The notes: generated by a model from the letters alone, not told the origin. A DNA stretch of 63,970 nucleotides, filler included, from Craspedostauros australis (GCA_030167865.1; 4 parts of 4 records of this genome joined end to end with filler, not necessarily neighbours in it), one strand, 5' to 3'; positions 33,943 to 46,370 are shown, numbered from the whole stretch's first letter. Program-made: numbers and translations.

Positions 33943-35820
33943 ATGAACAGTGCGATCACCAATTCCAACAACAACCCAGACAATTTCACGATGTGGCGAA
34001 GCGCAACACGAAGACGCAAGCTTCACCTGAAGCCAATGCCAAAGCCCACCCCGTCCTTCATGACGCGCGCTTCAGGTTTCATCAGCACAGCCATGCTGGG
34101 GATGCGCGACATCCCCATCACGACGACCAACTCACTTTTGCTCATCGTGGTGCTGTGCATCATCTCACGACTAGTCTCATGGTTCCAACACCGCATCCGA
34201 TTCATCCGCATGGTCAACAAACTGCCCGGTCCGTCTGTGAACAATCACAAGTATCCCGTCACAGCCGATCTCGGCCCCATCTTCGGAGCACCCAACGTCA
34301 CCGTCTCGGAGGGAGTTGCCATCCCCGACGTCGCTCACATCTTCTTGGGCTTGACCAAGGAGTTCCACGAGAAAGGACATGGACTGGTCCGACAGTGGGG
34401 ATTCCATCCATACCACACACCCATCGCCCAGTCCTTCATCATGGTCATGGATCCGTACTGCATCATGGACATCCTCAAGCAGACGGCAACCACAGCGTCG
34501 ACAAGCAACGCACGCACCAAGTCCACCAAGTCCACAACCAGCAGCAAGAGCAGACGAGCCGAGCCTGCCTTCGAAAAGCCGTTGGACGAGGCATACCGCG
34601 GCGTCCTCCCGCTGCTTGGACCATCCATCGTGACGCTGCCGGACGGCCACCCCCGCCTCAAGTTGCAACGCAAGGCTGGCACTCCAACCTCCACCATCAT
34701 CTCACACGCGCACAACTCCACTCGCCACTTGGTTCAAGACTATCTGTTTCCCTTCTGGGACCAGCAGGCCAAGAAGAGACAGTCAGCATCACCTTCAGCA
34801 TCGACGTCGCCTCACGCAGGCCTCGACCTGTTCGTTCAGGCCAAGCATCTGACGGTGGACATCGCTGGGATGATCACGGTGTCGCGAACTTTTGGCGCTG
34901 TGAAAGCGCTGAGGGATGGCAACAAGGCCGGCATGTATCACGACATCCAATACTTGGACAGCGAAGCGGCTAATCGCTGTCGCGATCCGACACGCAGCAT
35001 CACGCACTTCAGCAAATTCAACCAGGCCCTCGACCGTGTCAACACCTTCATGATGAGCTCGGTCGCAGCACGCAAGAAGAACCTCGCGCTTCAGGCTGCC
35101 GGCTCAACAGCATCCAACAAGCACCAACGGGATATGTACAACCAAGATCTGCTCTCGGGCCTGCTCAAGGCCGAAGGCAAGATGGACGACGGCTACCTTC
35201 TGGGCAACCTCCGCCTGTTTCTGTACGGCGCCTACAACTCCACAGCATCAGTCCTCACATGGGCGCTCTGGGAGATCGCGAAGAACCCCGAATACCAACG
35301 GCGGCTGTACGAAGAGGAGATCAAGCCGCTGGGCCCGCAACCGGCTCATCACGAGCTCTGCAAGTGCACCTTCTTGAACCAGATCATCAACGAGACCCTG
35401 CGCCTCTACGCGCCAACATCCATCACTCGCCGTGCGACGAGAGATGTTACCATCGGACGCGGCGACAAGTCCTACACCATCCCCAAGGGGAGCTCGGTGT
35501 TTGTCTTCCCGCTCACCGTCAACAGACTATCCACACCGGACAACCCCGATGCAGACAAGTTCATTCCTGAACGCGAGATCAACAAGAAGGCGTGCACCAT
35601 GAAAGACGATGCCCATGCACGCAATCTTGCATTCTCGCTCGCGCCACGCCACTGCATCGGGAGTCCGCTAGCATTGACCGAGATCCGAACATCGCTGGCC
35701 ACCATCCTGTACAGCTTCAAGATTACTCCGACGAAGAACGCACCAGAACCAAAACTGTTGCTGAACCTCAATTTCAATCCCCACAACGTCTATGTCGACT
35801 TCGCACGTCGCGAGAAGTAA
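33943..35820 (+). CDS. Cytochrome P450, copy 1 (start uncertain: ATG 33943 or 34060)
   Basis: TM anchor then LPGP, I-helix YGAYNSTAS, ETLR (ExxR), FIPER, heme motif FSLAPRHCIG. Confidence 0.92.
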   Translation: MNSAITNSNNNPDNFTMWRSATRRRKLHLKPMPKPTPSFMTRASGFISTAMLGMRDIPITTTNSLLLIVVLCIISRLVSWFQHRIRFIRMVNKLPGPSVNNHKYPVTADLGPIFGAPNVTVSEGVAIPDVAHIFLGLTKEFHEKGHGLVRQWGFHPYHTPIAQSFIMVMDPYCIMDILKQTATTASTSNARTKSTKSTTSSKSRRAEPAFEKPLDEAYRGVLPLLGPSIVTLPDGHPRLKLQRKAGTPTSTIISHAHNSTRHLVQDYLFPFWDQQAKKRQSASPSASTSPHAGLDLFVQAKHLTVDIAGMITVSRTFGAVKALRDGNKAGMYHDIQYLDSEAANRCRDPTRSITHFSKFNQALDRVNTFMMSSVAARKKNLALQAAGSTASNKHQRDMYNQDLLSGLLKAEGKMDDGYLLGNLRLFLYGAYNSTASVLTWALWEIAKNPEYQRRLYEEEIKPLGPQPAHHELCKCTFLNQIINETLRLYAPTSITRRATRDVTIGRGDKSYTIPKGSSVFVFPLTVNRLSTPDNPDADKFIPEREINKKACTMKDDAHARNLAFSLAPRHCIGSPLALTEIRTSLATILYSFKITPTKNAPEPKLLLNLNFNPHNVYVDFARREK

Positions 35821-37892
35821 TCCCGCTCACGCCCCCCTGTACAAACGAACCAACGAAAACACAAACAAACGAAAGACACAAGCACGCACATGCGAGCCAC
35901 GAATACCTAGAGATCGTACGAGTACGAGTACGAACACGATACACCACGCCATACCTTGTACCATACCACACCACACCATGGCGTACGAGTCACAAGCAAA
36001 GCGCTGATTACATCCACTCTGGGAACCTCCGGGAGCCACACGACACCGAATGAATGTACCGGCCAGAGGACACGAGAAACATCACCGACGCAATGACACA
36101 AATGTAATACGAGTAGAGTAGTGCATAATACAACATAGAATATACATGTCAAACGGCACAGTCACGAAAAGTCACGGAACTCAACTCCCGGGGCGCTTGT
36201 GAAGGAAGTGTGGCGTGATGTGATGCGGTGTGGTGCGGTGAAACTCGCGTCGAGGTACCGTTGCGCGCATCACGCACCAAAGATTAAAGTGCTCCCCTGC
36301 GCCGATTAGTTCTGTTCACCGCTTCTTTTCGCGATTTGTTCTCCTTTCTGTCTCTCAGCTGGATCTTTTGGTTCTCGTTCTTGGCGATCCTTCGGGATGC
36401 ACCTTGACCGCAGTGTAACCGCCACCAACTTCTTGCTGGCCACAACCACCACCGTGCCAGACGAGGCGACGATTCGAGCAGGCAGATCCATCGATCACCT
36501 GTCGCAGCGATCCCACCCAATGAACTCTTTGACAGATTCTCGCGCACAGGTAACGTTCTGTACTTTTATGGTAGGTCGTACAAATATCTCTTCTGTCTCC
36601 CTCGTTCTGTTTTCGATTCACACCGCTTCAACTTATTTCTTAATACTGGCGGGTGAGATTCTCAGGAATGGATACAACGTCCGAGTATTAACTTGTGCGC
36701 CGTGTCCACCAGTCAGTTCTCAGCGCAGATAGAGTGTCCATTTACAACTCTTCATCTTCTTTGATGGCGCGTTTCAATAGTTACGGCAAATGGGTAATTG
36801 ATCTGAATAAAATACCGAATCAGCCGCTCTTATTCGTGAATAAAGTACTCATTTAACGTTTGTTGATGCCAAGAAAAGTGATTTCGGGCCGAAGGTGCGA
36901 TGCGTCAAGTTCTCCCGCTTCGTTCTGTGTTCTCTGGTGCACTCACTGATTTTCTCGTCCCTTCCCCAAATCTCACTTTCACAACTTGTACCCACAATAA
37001 ATCTTGAGGCAACAGCACCGTTCTTGACGTCGATTTGCTCCGCCACGATCGGAAAAGATGAGGGAGAGCGGCTCTGGTGGTGGGAGGCAACAGAGCACCG
37101 CCTCGATGGCAGCCCACATGTAGAAGATGTCAGAGTGTGACCTGCACCCTCAGTGGCGGAACAAAGGACCCCCATTTCATTGACGACGTCCCAGCGCCAG
37201 GCATCACGCGTTGTGATCAGCGATCGGTCATCGCCATTTCCATCGCCCAAGGAGGTCACTTTTTTGATCGAGAAGCACGAGTATTGTACGCTCCCACTCG
37301 CAGCACAATACCTCGTACTTGCGCTTGCACTCATACCTGCTTCTTCACACCATGTCATGACGAGTTCTCCATGAGCACGATCAACGAACTTGCACTGGCA
37401 CTTCCATACGATGTGATGACCTGCCTGAGGTGACACTGAACGAAGGGCATCATGTTCCGAGCAACCCAGAGAGCAACAAGTCATTCATTCTGACACGATT
37501 TCAACGAGCTCTTGGACGAGGATGGCACAGGCCGTGTAGAACTGGTATCGTATCATGGTGCAGAGCATCACGCCCCAGCATGCTCCCAACAGGTCTCTCC
37601 CCACGCATCCTTCACCCGAACTGACTTCTGGTACCAAGATACGCAGGCGTCAACGGAAGAGACCGGACGCAAACGCCAACGCGCGCATACTCGTGCTCGT
37701 GCTGTGCTCGTGCGACAACGAAGCAATCTTCGTCAGCAGCCCAGAGAGTGACCGAGATCATCATCATGATCATAATCTCGCGTCTCGCCAACTCCTCAAC
37801 GCCACAACACCCAATCCCCACAGCGTCTTCACGCAAAACCATCTCAGCTCCGCAGGCACCACAAGTACCGCAACTTCGCAACTCCATCCGTC

Positions 37893-39647
37893 ATGGAAGT
37901 GGCATCCTATTTCCAAAGCATCGATGTGTCGGCGATCGTGCCGACCTTCGCATCAATCAGCAGCTATGTCCTGGTCGCCGCGCTGGTGTACACCATCTGC
38001 TCCCTCGTCTCATGGTTCCGCCGCCGGATCCGATTCATCCGGATGGTCAACGCCCTGCCCGGTCCATCGCCAATGAATCACAAGTACCCCATCACCGCCG
38101 ATCTGGGGCCGATCATCTGGGCACCGAGCATCACCATCTCGGAGGGAGTCAAGGTGGCCGACATCTCCGATGCCTTCCTCAACATCACCAAAGAATTCCA
38201 TGAGAAAGGGCACGGGGTTGTCCGGCAGTGGGGATTCCATCCATACCACACTCCCATCGCCCAGTCCTTCATCTTGGCCATGGATCCGTACTGCGTCATG
38301 GACATCCTCAGGCAGACCGCGAGCACTGCGCCAACCGCGAAGATCGTGAATGGCAAGAAACAGCGCCACGAACCCGCCTTCGAAAAGCCCTTGGATGAAG
38401 GCTACCGCGGCGTCCTCCCGCTGCTCGGGCCGTCGATTTTGACGATGCCAGACGGCCACCACCAACTGAGGCTGCAGCGAAAGGCCGGAACACCAACCTC
38501 CACCATCATCTCGCACGCGCACGACTCCACCCGCGACTTGGTCGAAGAATGCCTGTTCCCCTTCTGGGATGCGCAGAACGAGGCCAGCAAATTCCCATCC
38601 GCAACAACATCCGCAACAGCGGAGGCAGGCGAAGACCCGCGCTTGGGCCTCGACATGTTCGTCCAGGCCAAGCACTTGATGGTGGACATCTCCGGCATGG
38701 TCACCGTCTCCAAGACCTTCAATGCTGCGAAGGCATTGAGAGACGGCGCCAAGGCCACCATGTACCACGATATCTTGTACCTCGATACCGAAGCCGCCAT
38801 CCGCAACCGCGATCCTCTGCGCAGCGCCACGCACTTCACCAAGTTCAACCAGGCGCTGAAGCGCTTGGACAAGTTCTTCATGGATGCCGTGGACCAACGT
38901 AAGAAGGATCTCGCCGCCGCAGCCGCTGGCTCGTCCTCCAAGAACCAACCGGACCAAGCCAACCTGTACAACAAGGACATGCTCTCCGGTCTTCTCAAGG
39001 CCGAGGACAAGATGGAGGATGGGTACCTCCTGGGCAATCTGCGCCTCCTCCTGTACGGCGCCTATGACTCCACCGCATCCGTCCTGACCTGGACCCTGTG
39101 GGAGCTGGCCACCCATCCCGAGTACCAAGAGCGAGTGTACGACGAGATCGAGCCGTTGGGAGCCGAACCGACGCTGCACGACCTCTCCAAGTGCGTCTTC
39201 TTGAACCAGGTCATCAACGAAGCCCTGCGATTGTATTCGCCAACTCTCGTCAGCCGGCGCGCGACCCGGGATGTCGAGATCGGCCGCGGCGACAAGGCCT
39301 ACACCATCCCCAAGCACAGCACGGTGGTCGTGATGCCGCTCTGCGTGAACCGTCTGTCCACGCCAGACAACCCCGACGCGGACAAGTTCATCCCGAACCG
39401 CGAGATCCACAAGAAGGTGGGGGCCATGAGGGATGATCCCCACGCGCGCAACATTGCGTTTTCGCTGACGCCCCGTCACTGCATTGGAAGTTCCCTGGCA
39501 CTGACCAAGATCCGATCATCGCTGGCCACCATCCTGTACTCCTTCGAAGTCAGTCCAACCCAGAACGCCCCGCAACCAAAGCTGTTGCTCAACCTCAACT
39601 TCAATCCCCACGACGTGTATGTCGACTTTGCACGTCGCCGGGAGTAA
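37893..39647 (+). CDS. Cytochrome P450, copy 2 (tandem paralog)
   Basis: TM anchor then LPGP, YGAYDSTAS, EALR, FIPNR, FSLTPRHCIG. Colinear with copy 1. Confidence 0.93.
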   Translation: MEVASYFQSIDVSAIVPTFASISSYVLVAALVYTICSLVSWFRRRIRFIRMVNALPGPSPMNHKYPITADLGPIIWAPSITISEGVKVADISDAFLNITKEFHEKGHGVVRQWGFHPYHTPIAQSFILAMDPYCVMDILRQTASTAPTAKIVNGKKQRHEPAFEKPLDEGYRGVLPLLGPSILTMPDGHHQLRLQRKAGTPTSTIISHAHDSTRDLVEECLFPFWDAQNEASKFPSATTSATAEAGEDPRLGLDMFVQAKHLMVDISGMVTVSKTFNAAKALRDGAKATMYHDILYLDTEAAIRNRDPLRSATHFTKFNQALKRLDKFFMDAVDQRKKDLAAAAAGSSSKNQPDQANLYNKDMLSGLLKAEDKMEDGYLLGNLRLLLYGAYDSTASVLTWTLWELATHPEYQERVYDEIEPLGAEPTLHDLSKCVFLNQVINEALRLYSPTLVSRRATRDVEIGRGDKAYTIPKHSTVVVMPLCVNRLSTPDNPDADKFIPNREIHKKVGAMRDDPHARNIAFSLTPRHCIGSSLALTKIRSSLATILYSFEVSPTQNAPQPKLLLNLNFNPHDVYVDFARRRE

Positions 39648-40148
39648 TCCCGCCACAGTAGGTACAATACATACAATACGTGCGAGTACGGCGCTGCACG
39701 CACCAATGCATAAACTACCACATCCGTAGCATTTCATATAAACATAAGTGCCGTCGTTGCACTCTCCACCAACAGAGACTTCCACAGAGCATAAGAGTTG
39801 TAGAGGCATCAGTCGTTGGACAAATGAATGCGACTGGGTATCCCCGCGGCGCCAGCAACATGCGCCGAGGAAAACCGAGAAACCAACATCTTGGCAGAAC
39901 AGGTGGAGGCATGTTTCGCGGAATTCGGCAAAGATCCTCCCAACAAGCCGCCGAGACGTGCGGTTGGAGATCTTCTCTTCACACGAATCGACGTGGCGCC
40001 ATTTCGGACAGAATTTGTTGGCAACATCTCGTCTCCTTCCACAGAAAGGTTCATCCTTCGCTAAGGGGGGGGGGGAAAGACGGTAATTTTTCATTTCCCA
40101 TGATAAGGCAACAACAGTTTCTTCCATAATCTACAGTCCAAAAGTCAA

Positions 40149-40248
40149 NNNNNNNNNNNNNNNNNNNNNNNNNNNNNNNNNNNNNNNNNNNNTTAATTAA
40201 TTAANNNNNNNNNNNNNNNNNNNNNNNNNNNNNNNNNNNNNNNNNNNN
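40149..40248. other. Assembly gap with TTAATTAATTAA linker
   Basis: N-run plus spacer. Confidence 0.95.
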
Positions 40249-42019
40249 GTCAAGCACGAGACCATCAACCTCGTGCACAAGCACTTCTTCCTCATCCGCG
40301 AACCATTCGCCGTGCTGTCTTCATGGAAGTGCGACAGCGATGTCCACGGAAACAACCTCTGCATCGAGGAGATCGGGTACACCCATCTCATGTCCGCCTT
40401 CTCGCAGGTCGAGGGCAACATGGATCCGGATCGCAAGTTCAAGCCGATCGTCATCGACTCCGACGATCTCGTCAGCGACCCTAAGAGCACATTGGAGCAC
40501 CTCTGCGCCAGCCTCGGCATTCCATTCCGTGAGAGCATGCTCTCCTGGGAGGCCGGTCCGCACAAGTGCGACGGACCATTCGCGAGCTACTGGTACTACA
40601 ACGTCCACAAGACCGACGGGTGGGTGACAAAAAGCAAGACCAAGGAGTCCAGCGGCCTCGAATGCATCGCCGGCAAGAGGTACCGCATGCTCGATCCCAG
40701 ACTCAACATGGCTCTCAAGGCCTGCGTGCCGATTTATGAATTCTTCCAGCAGTTCACCGAGTCGTACAAGAACCGCGGGCCACCAGCGGGCCAGAAGATC
40801 TACGAGGACCCAAGAAACGAGCACCTCGTGGTCTGGGTCGGATCACCCAGCCGCGGTCGCATCTCCCCGCGCCTCATGGCCGGCCTCAACCCATTCGATT
40901 CCGCCGTCGAAGGCGGCGACGCCGTATGGGAGGGAATGCGCGTGCATGATGGCAAGATCCCCTCGTTCGAAGAGCACCTCGATCGCCTCCTGCGTTCCGC
41001 CAAGGCGTTGGCCTTCGAGAACGTCCACACCAAGGACCAAATCATGGAAGCCATCTTCAAGACCCTCGCTGCCAACTGCATGCGCGATGACACCTACATT
41101 CGCGTCACGTTGACACGCGGTGAGAAGAGCACATCGTCTCTAGATCCCAAGTCAAACATCTACGGCACCACCCTCATCATCCTTCCAGAATGGAAGCCCA
41201 TCGATGCAGCAAGCGACAACGGAAGCAAGACCGAAGGGATCGAGCTCATCTCCGCATCGAAGCGCAGGCACCCATCATCCAGCGTGCTTTCCAACATCCA
41301 AAGCAACAACATGGTACGTGCCATACGACGAGAGAAGTCACTGATGATTTCCTGCGTTGTTTTGTGCAATCCATCCACACGCCCATCGTCGTTTGTTGAC
41401 GGTGCAACTGCATCCTTGTGTGTGTGTGCAAACAACGTCGATTTGCCATCCTCTCGAGTATGCTACATATCATCGCGCGCACATCCCTAACCATACCGCT
41501 GCATGTGTTCTACCACATTATTCCTGCATTCTGTCCGCCTGCTCTGCTCTGTTCCACGGATTTCGCTACTATGTTGCATTCCATCACGAACAGATCACAA
41601 GGATCATGCCAAAGATCCAAGCCAACGAGGCGGGTGCCGCGGATGCCATCATTCTCGATGCGGATGGATACGTCTCGGAAACCAGCACCGCCAACATCTT
41701 CATGGTGGACAGCGAAGGTGTGCTGTTGACACCGCACGAAGAGCACTGCGTTGCAGGAGTCGCCAGGGCCAACACACTCGCCTTGGCCGAAGAGCTCGGC
41801 ATCCCATGCACTGCCAGACGCATCTCGCTCACCGAATTCTTCGCCGCGGAAGAAGTCTTCACAGCCAGCACCATGGGCGGATTGACCTCTGTGGCTACGA
41901 TCGATACCCACGCCATCGGCAGCGGCAAGTGCGGACCAGTCACGGAGAAGTTGCAGGTCGCCTACAAGGAGCTTCCCAACAAACCCGGCTTCGCGGTTGC
42001 TATTCCAAAGTTCACGTAA
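40249..42019 (+). CDS. Sulfotransferase-like/class IV aminotransferase fusion, copy B; 5' end in gap; intron 41314-41593
   Basis: Same motifs as copy A. Spliced product reads NNM|ITRIMPKIQAN...HCVAGVAR. Intron is 280 nt versus 176 nt in copy A. Confidence 0.85.
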
Positions 42020-42528
42020 GAACAGACAATATGAAATAGGAGTTCAACTCGGAACCCGGCACAGCAGGAGTTTGCGTCAAAAAGTAACACTTGAGTAGAG
42101 TTTTCGTAAGATGGAACATGTACACACCACATGGCGCGCATTGTGGAGTCCTCCATGGAAGAGTATGATGCAGTTGTAGAGTTCACAGGAGCGCGACGAC
42201 CGCACTCGCACGTAGCAGCAATGACGTTTGGACTTGACCGAGAGATGCGCCGCACTGTGCGCGGAGTGCGAGTCGCGACATGATCTCAGCAGAGTTTGCC
42301 TCGACATCACGAGCAAACGGCGAGGGGCAAAACGTCAGCAACAATGCTCACAACCACGGAATGGTGCCACAAACGAATGACCATCACGGCGACACGCAAA
42401 GCACGTCGGATCAAAAGCAATGGATGAAGCGAACGTCGTCGCCATTGCCGATGCTTCGCTCAGCACGGCCTGCAACCATGCACATGAAGCGGCTCGTCAT
42501 CGTCGATTTCTCCAAAAAGGACTAGTCA

Positions 42529-42610
42529 CGACGCAGGCAGGACTCGAACCTACGCGGGAAAATCCCAATCGATTTCTAGTCGATCGCCTTAACCGCTCGG
42601 CCACTGCGTC
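42529..42610 (-). tRNA. trnS-AGA: tRNA-Ser(AGA)
   Basis: Reverse complement GACGCAGTGGCCGAGCGGTTAAGGCGATCGACT-AGA-AATCGAT...GGTTCGAGTCCTGCCTGCGTCG. 82 nt, long variable arm, A/B boxes, T5 terminator just downstream. Confidence 0.95.
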
Positions 42611-43511
42611 GTTATGAGAAATGCCCGAAACTTGGGTACAATTACTTTCTGATGTTTCAGTGTTGGCTGAGCACCCTCGACCAAACGCGATCGTGGTGCT
42701 GCAAGCGACTTTGAAGAGTTAGCGATGTTCCTTCCTGTCGATGTGTACCACTATTGTGATTGGAACTTGGGCTTGCAGTGATCCATCAGCGGCACCTGTG
42801 CACAAGTCCTTGTTCTCACCTCGAGACAAGTGTCTCGTCGAGTAGGGTGGTTTATGAGGGGAGTCGTTGCAGACCTTGTGAATGCCTCCGCAATTGCTAC
42901 TTGTTCACATAAGATTCCTCAAGCGCACTTGTCTCGGTAGACGTTCAATTAATGGAAGCGATTTTCCCCTGCGAGTAGCAACAGACATCGGCTGACGATT
43001 GAGGCAGGCAGATTGCGCACACGGCCCTTGCAACGATACCGTTTCGCGGTCGCTTCTTCACCCAAGGTCTCCTGGAGAGAGAGAGGGTACCCCCAGCATA
43101 CACGAGAAGTGAAATCTGTGGACCAGATCTGTCCTCCTCGCATCTGCGACCATGGATTCTCACGCCCCTGTTGTGGTGCCAATTGTACGATGCCAATAGA
43201 TCTTATGCGTAGCTCGTAAGCGGGTGTGGCACCCCGACAGCATTGATTGCAACGCACTCCTACTCCACGAGTACAAGCATGGGTGTTGGCGATGGTAGAG
43301 AAGCGCAAGAATGTTAACATTTGTATGGATGATCTATAGTGTTGTAAAGAAGACCGGGAATGGTGGTGCTGCAAAAGGTAGGATAGATTGTCTGTGTCTG
43401 TAGGTATAGTACAAGGATGCAAAAGAATGGAGCACGGAAAGAGGCTGGGGCATGTTCGGGATGACGGGTGTGTCATCCTCTGTGATGCTGGTGATGCTGG
43501 GGTTGGTGCTC

Positions 43512-44126
43512 TCATGAGCGGTTTGGTTTCCTCCGAGAGAAGAAGCCTGCGAACCGCCTCTTGTGAGACGATGAAGACTGCGCCTGTGCTCTTTCCGCCG
43601 CCGCTTCCTTCTCCTGCTGCTTCCTGAGCCGTTCCAGCTCCTTCTCCTTCCGCCTCTGTTCCTGCTCCTTTCGGATGCGCACCGCCAGCTCCGGAATCTG
43701 CATGGAGTCCATCATCGCGACCCTCCTGGCGCTGCGCCTTGTGTCCTGCGACAGCTCGTAGCTGATGTCGGCCAGGAGCTGCGAGTCCTTGTTGGGCATG
43801 TCGCGCTGCCGGTCCTGCTCGTCCAGTATCGACTGGATGACCTCGAGCACGGCGGTCTTCTTGGCGAAGCTGGCCTCCGGCGAGGCCTTGGTCTCCATGC
43901 CCCGCATCGAGAAGTCGTCCTCGGGGAGCTTCTCTCCGCGCACCTGTCGGTTCATGAGCGCCCTGTCGCAGGCCCGGAACTCGCCCAGCTCGTCCTTGGA
44001 GTACCACTGGGCATCCCTCTCATCCTCGCTCTGGTCCCTCCAGCTGTCGATCTCGACGGTCGCGTGCTTGCCGCTGCCATCGTCGGCGAACTTGATCGAC
44101 TGGTTGCTGCTGCGCTTCTTCATCAT
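43512..44126 (-). CDS. Hypothetical protein of a diatom-expanded family (WY...RGxE...EQxxQ)
   Basis: ATG at 44126. SIKFAD...QWYSKDEL...RGME...ILDEQDRQR...LADISYELSQ..RRSARRVAMMD, with strong GC3 codon bias. Confidence 0.8.
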   Translation of the reverse strand: MMKKRSSNQSIKFADDGSGKHATVEIDSWRDQSEDERDAQWYSKDELGEFRACDRALMNRQVRGEKLPEDDFSMRGMETKASPEASFAKKTAVLEVIQSILDEQDRQRDMPNKDSQLLADISYELSQDTRRSARRVAMMDSMQIPELAVRIRKEQEQRRKEKELERLRKQQEKEAAAERAQAQSSSSHKRRFAGFFSRRKPNRS

Positions 44127-46370
44127 GGCGGGATGTCTTGGCTTGCTGCTTGTTGAGCGGAGTGGAGTGGAGTGGATCCTGCTGTTGCTTCTTGCTTGTT
44201 CCTTGCTTGCTCGTTGTTCCTTGATTGCTCGTTGCTGATGGTTGTCTGGCATCAGCAGTGGCTCTGTGATCTTGACCTTCGCCTTGGCTTTGCATTCGTT
44301 TTGGCGGCGTGGTGGCTTTTATGGTCTGCGTGTGTTGTGCCTGCTGTGTCTACTGTTGGCGCCTCTGCTGAATCTGCTGATTCTGCTGGCCTGGTTGCTC
44401 CCCCGTGTTGTGTCGAATGTGTCAGCGGCAAACCGCTGTGCCACTGCGAATAAACCCAGGAAGATCGACACACAACGCAGAACAAGCCGCGAATTCCTCG
44501 TGTTCCAAACACTTGGAACATCGTGCAACAACAACACGCAGGTGGGGCCAAACTAGCGCAAAGACGCTGGAGGAAGCACAATGAAAATGGGTCGGGCCAC
44601 TTCGCGACAAAGCGGGATCGTGTTGTGTCATGGATACTTAGGAAACACGACAAATGACAATGTTGAAGGTATCGCGCCAGTGACCCTGATCGAAATGTCC
44701 CCAAACAAACATTTTCTGATTTCTTTCATAGTACGAGAAGGAAATTGCAAGAAAACGCGAAGTTCGAAGCTGGCGTGTCTTCGTCGGGCCACAAAGTCCT
44801 TTGGTTTAATTCGAAGTCAGCGACATGGCCGGCGACGACAGCCATTAATCTGCTTTGTTGCTGCCTCCATGTCGCATCCGCCCCGGCGAAGTAGAGTACT
44901 CTACCGTATTTTATCCCTGTGTCTCCGTCTGCGCTTCCGCCTCTTCTGCCTCTCCGCCTCCGCCAAGGAGTACCTTGCGTCCACCAGCGCGAGTGCTGGC
45001 GTCATTGTGAGCCTTTGTGGATGGCTCGCAGCTCGTTCGAGTGCAGTGGGACAAGCGAAGTACTCACTGATCGTGTGAGCGCAGATGTGGCTGGCCTCTC
45101 CTGGGACAAACAAAACCGAGACCAAGAGACCAAGGGAAGGCATGATCCTCTGCACCTCTCTCCACTCCTCTGGGCAATGGGCTGAATGATTGTGGGAGAA
45201 TGGCTCTCGCCTTTTCCTGCCAACTTTGATCGTCGGGTCCATGGACTCAACGACTCACAGCAACTGCAAAAGCAACAGGAGATCCTCTGCGAGGTTCGGT
45301 GAGGCTGCACTCTGCCACGCTCGATGGGGCAATTCCGATGGCAGAACGTGGGATCTTCAAACTCGAGGCTTCCTCGTGATGCCAGAAGCAAATGCAAAGC
45401 GGAGTGTGCCCGTGCTCGCAGCATAATATTATATGTATTATTATGCTCTGGAGGTATTGGAGCACTTGTATAGTGCAGCACATTGTTGTGCCACAGCAAT
45501 GTGGTCTTTCTGCGACCATCTCCATCCAACCCCACCAAAGTGCGAAACGGCAGCTCGCGCTGTGTCTCTTTGTTTTCTCCAGGCTTGTGGTCAACCGTCG
45601 GTCTCTCGGCATCGATCCGAGGCACAGCTTTGTGACCTTCGCACAAGCATGCCATCCTCGAACCTTGGCCGGCCTCTCCCTCCGCGCCAACGCACACTCT
45701 CCAGAGCTGTTTCTGGAACGGCAGAGGATTCTTCCTTCTGTCGGCCCAACATTTTCGAGCCAGCGTCTCCCACGAACACAGCCACAAGCGGGAGGCACGG
45801 GGTCTTTTGGAGCACAAGGCCAGAGAGTGCCGCGGGCAACGAGGAGGTGCCACGCCGCGGCTTTTCGCTCTCTGGCTACTGTCGCCATCGTTGCTTTGTC
45901 GTCTCTCGCGTGCCTGGTCCTCATCGTTGTTTGAAGTCTCACCATGTCTGGGACATCCAGGCAACAGAAGCTTGGTCTTGCATGTGTTCTCGCCTTCGCC
46001 CACAGACATGTCCCGACAGAACGGGGATTCATTTGTGCAAGAAACGAAATGTTAGTGTGTCCCAGGTTGTTTTCTCTCGGTTTTGTTCAGTGTTGATCTA
46101 TTCTCGATGTTGCAACTATCAACGATGATCTTCTTTTATCAGTATTAGGTCGTCGTACTTCTTGTCTCGAAAGAATTCTGTCGCAACAAGGGCACGAACA
46201 ATCGCCTTCGCCTCTGCCGTCTTGACGAAACGACCATGGCGCAAGCCAACGGCAGCAACGGCCGCAACATTTGGCAGAGGAGAAGCAGTGGTACGAGTAG
46301 TAGTAGTCGTACCAATCCTCCATGACAAAATCAACAGGAGCACAAGACACGAGTACCGCACTATACGACG

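Noticed and set aside
33441..34973. 510-aa His/Arg-rich ORF overlapping P450 copy 1
   Set aside because: Alternative-frame shadow of a codon-biased gene.
38010..39479. 489-aa minus-strand ORF
   Set aside because: Antisense shadow of P450 copy 2.
31431..39647. Domoic-acid (dab) cluster identity
   Set aside because: No DabA-like N-prenyltransferase is visible and the oxygenase is P4H-like. Only the enzyme-class pairing is analogous.
44900..46130. Several overlapping 110-335 aa ORFs upstream of ERG24
   Set aside because: No recognisable motif or codon bias, so I cannot support a gene.
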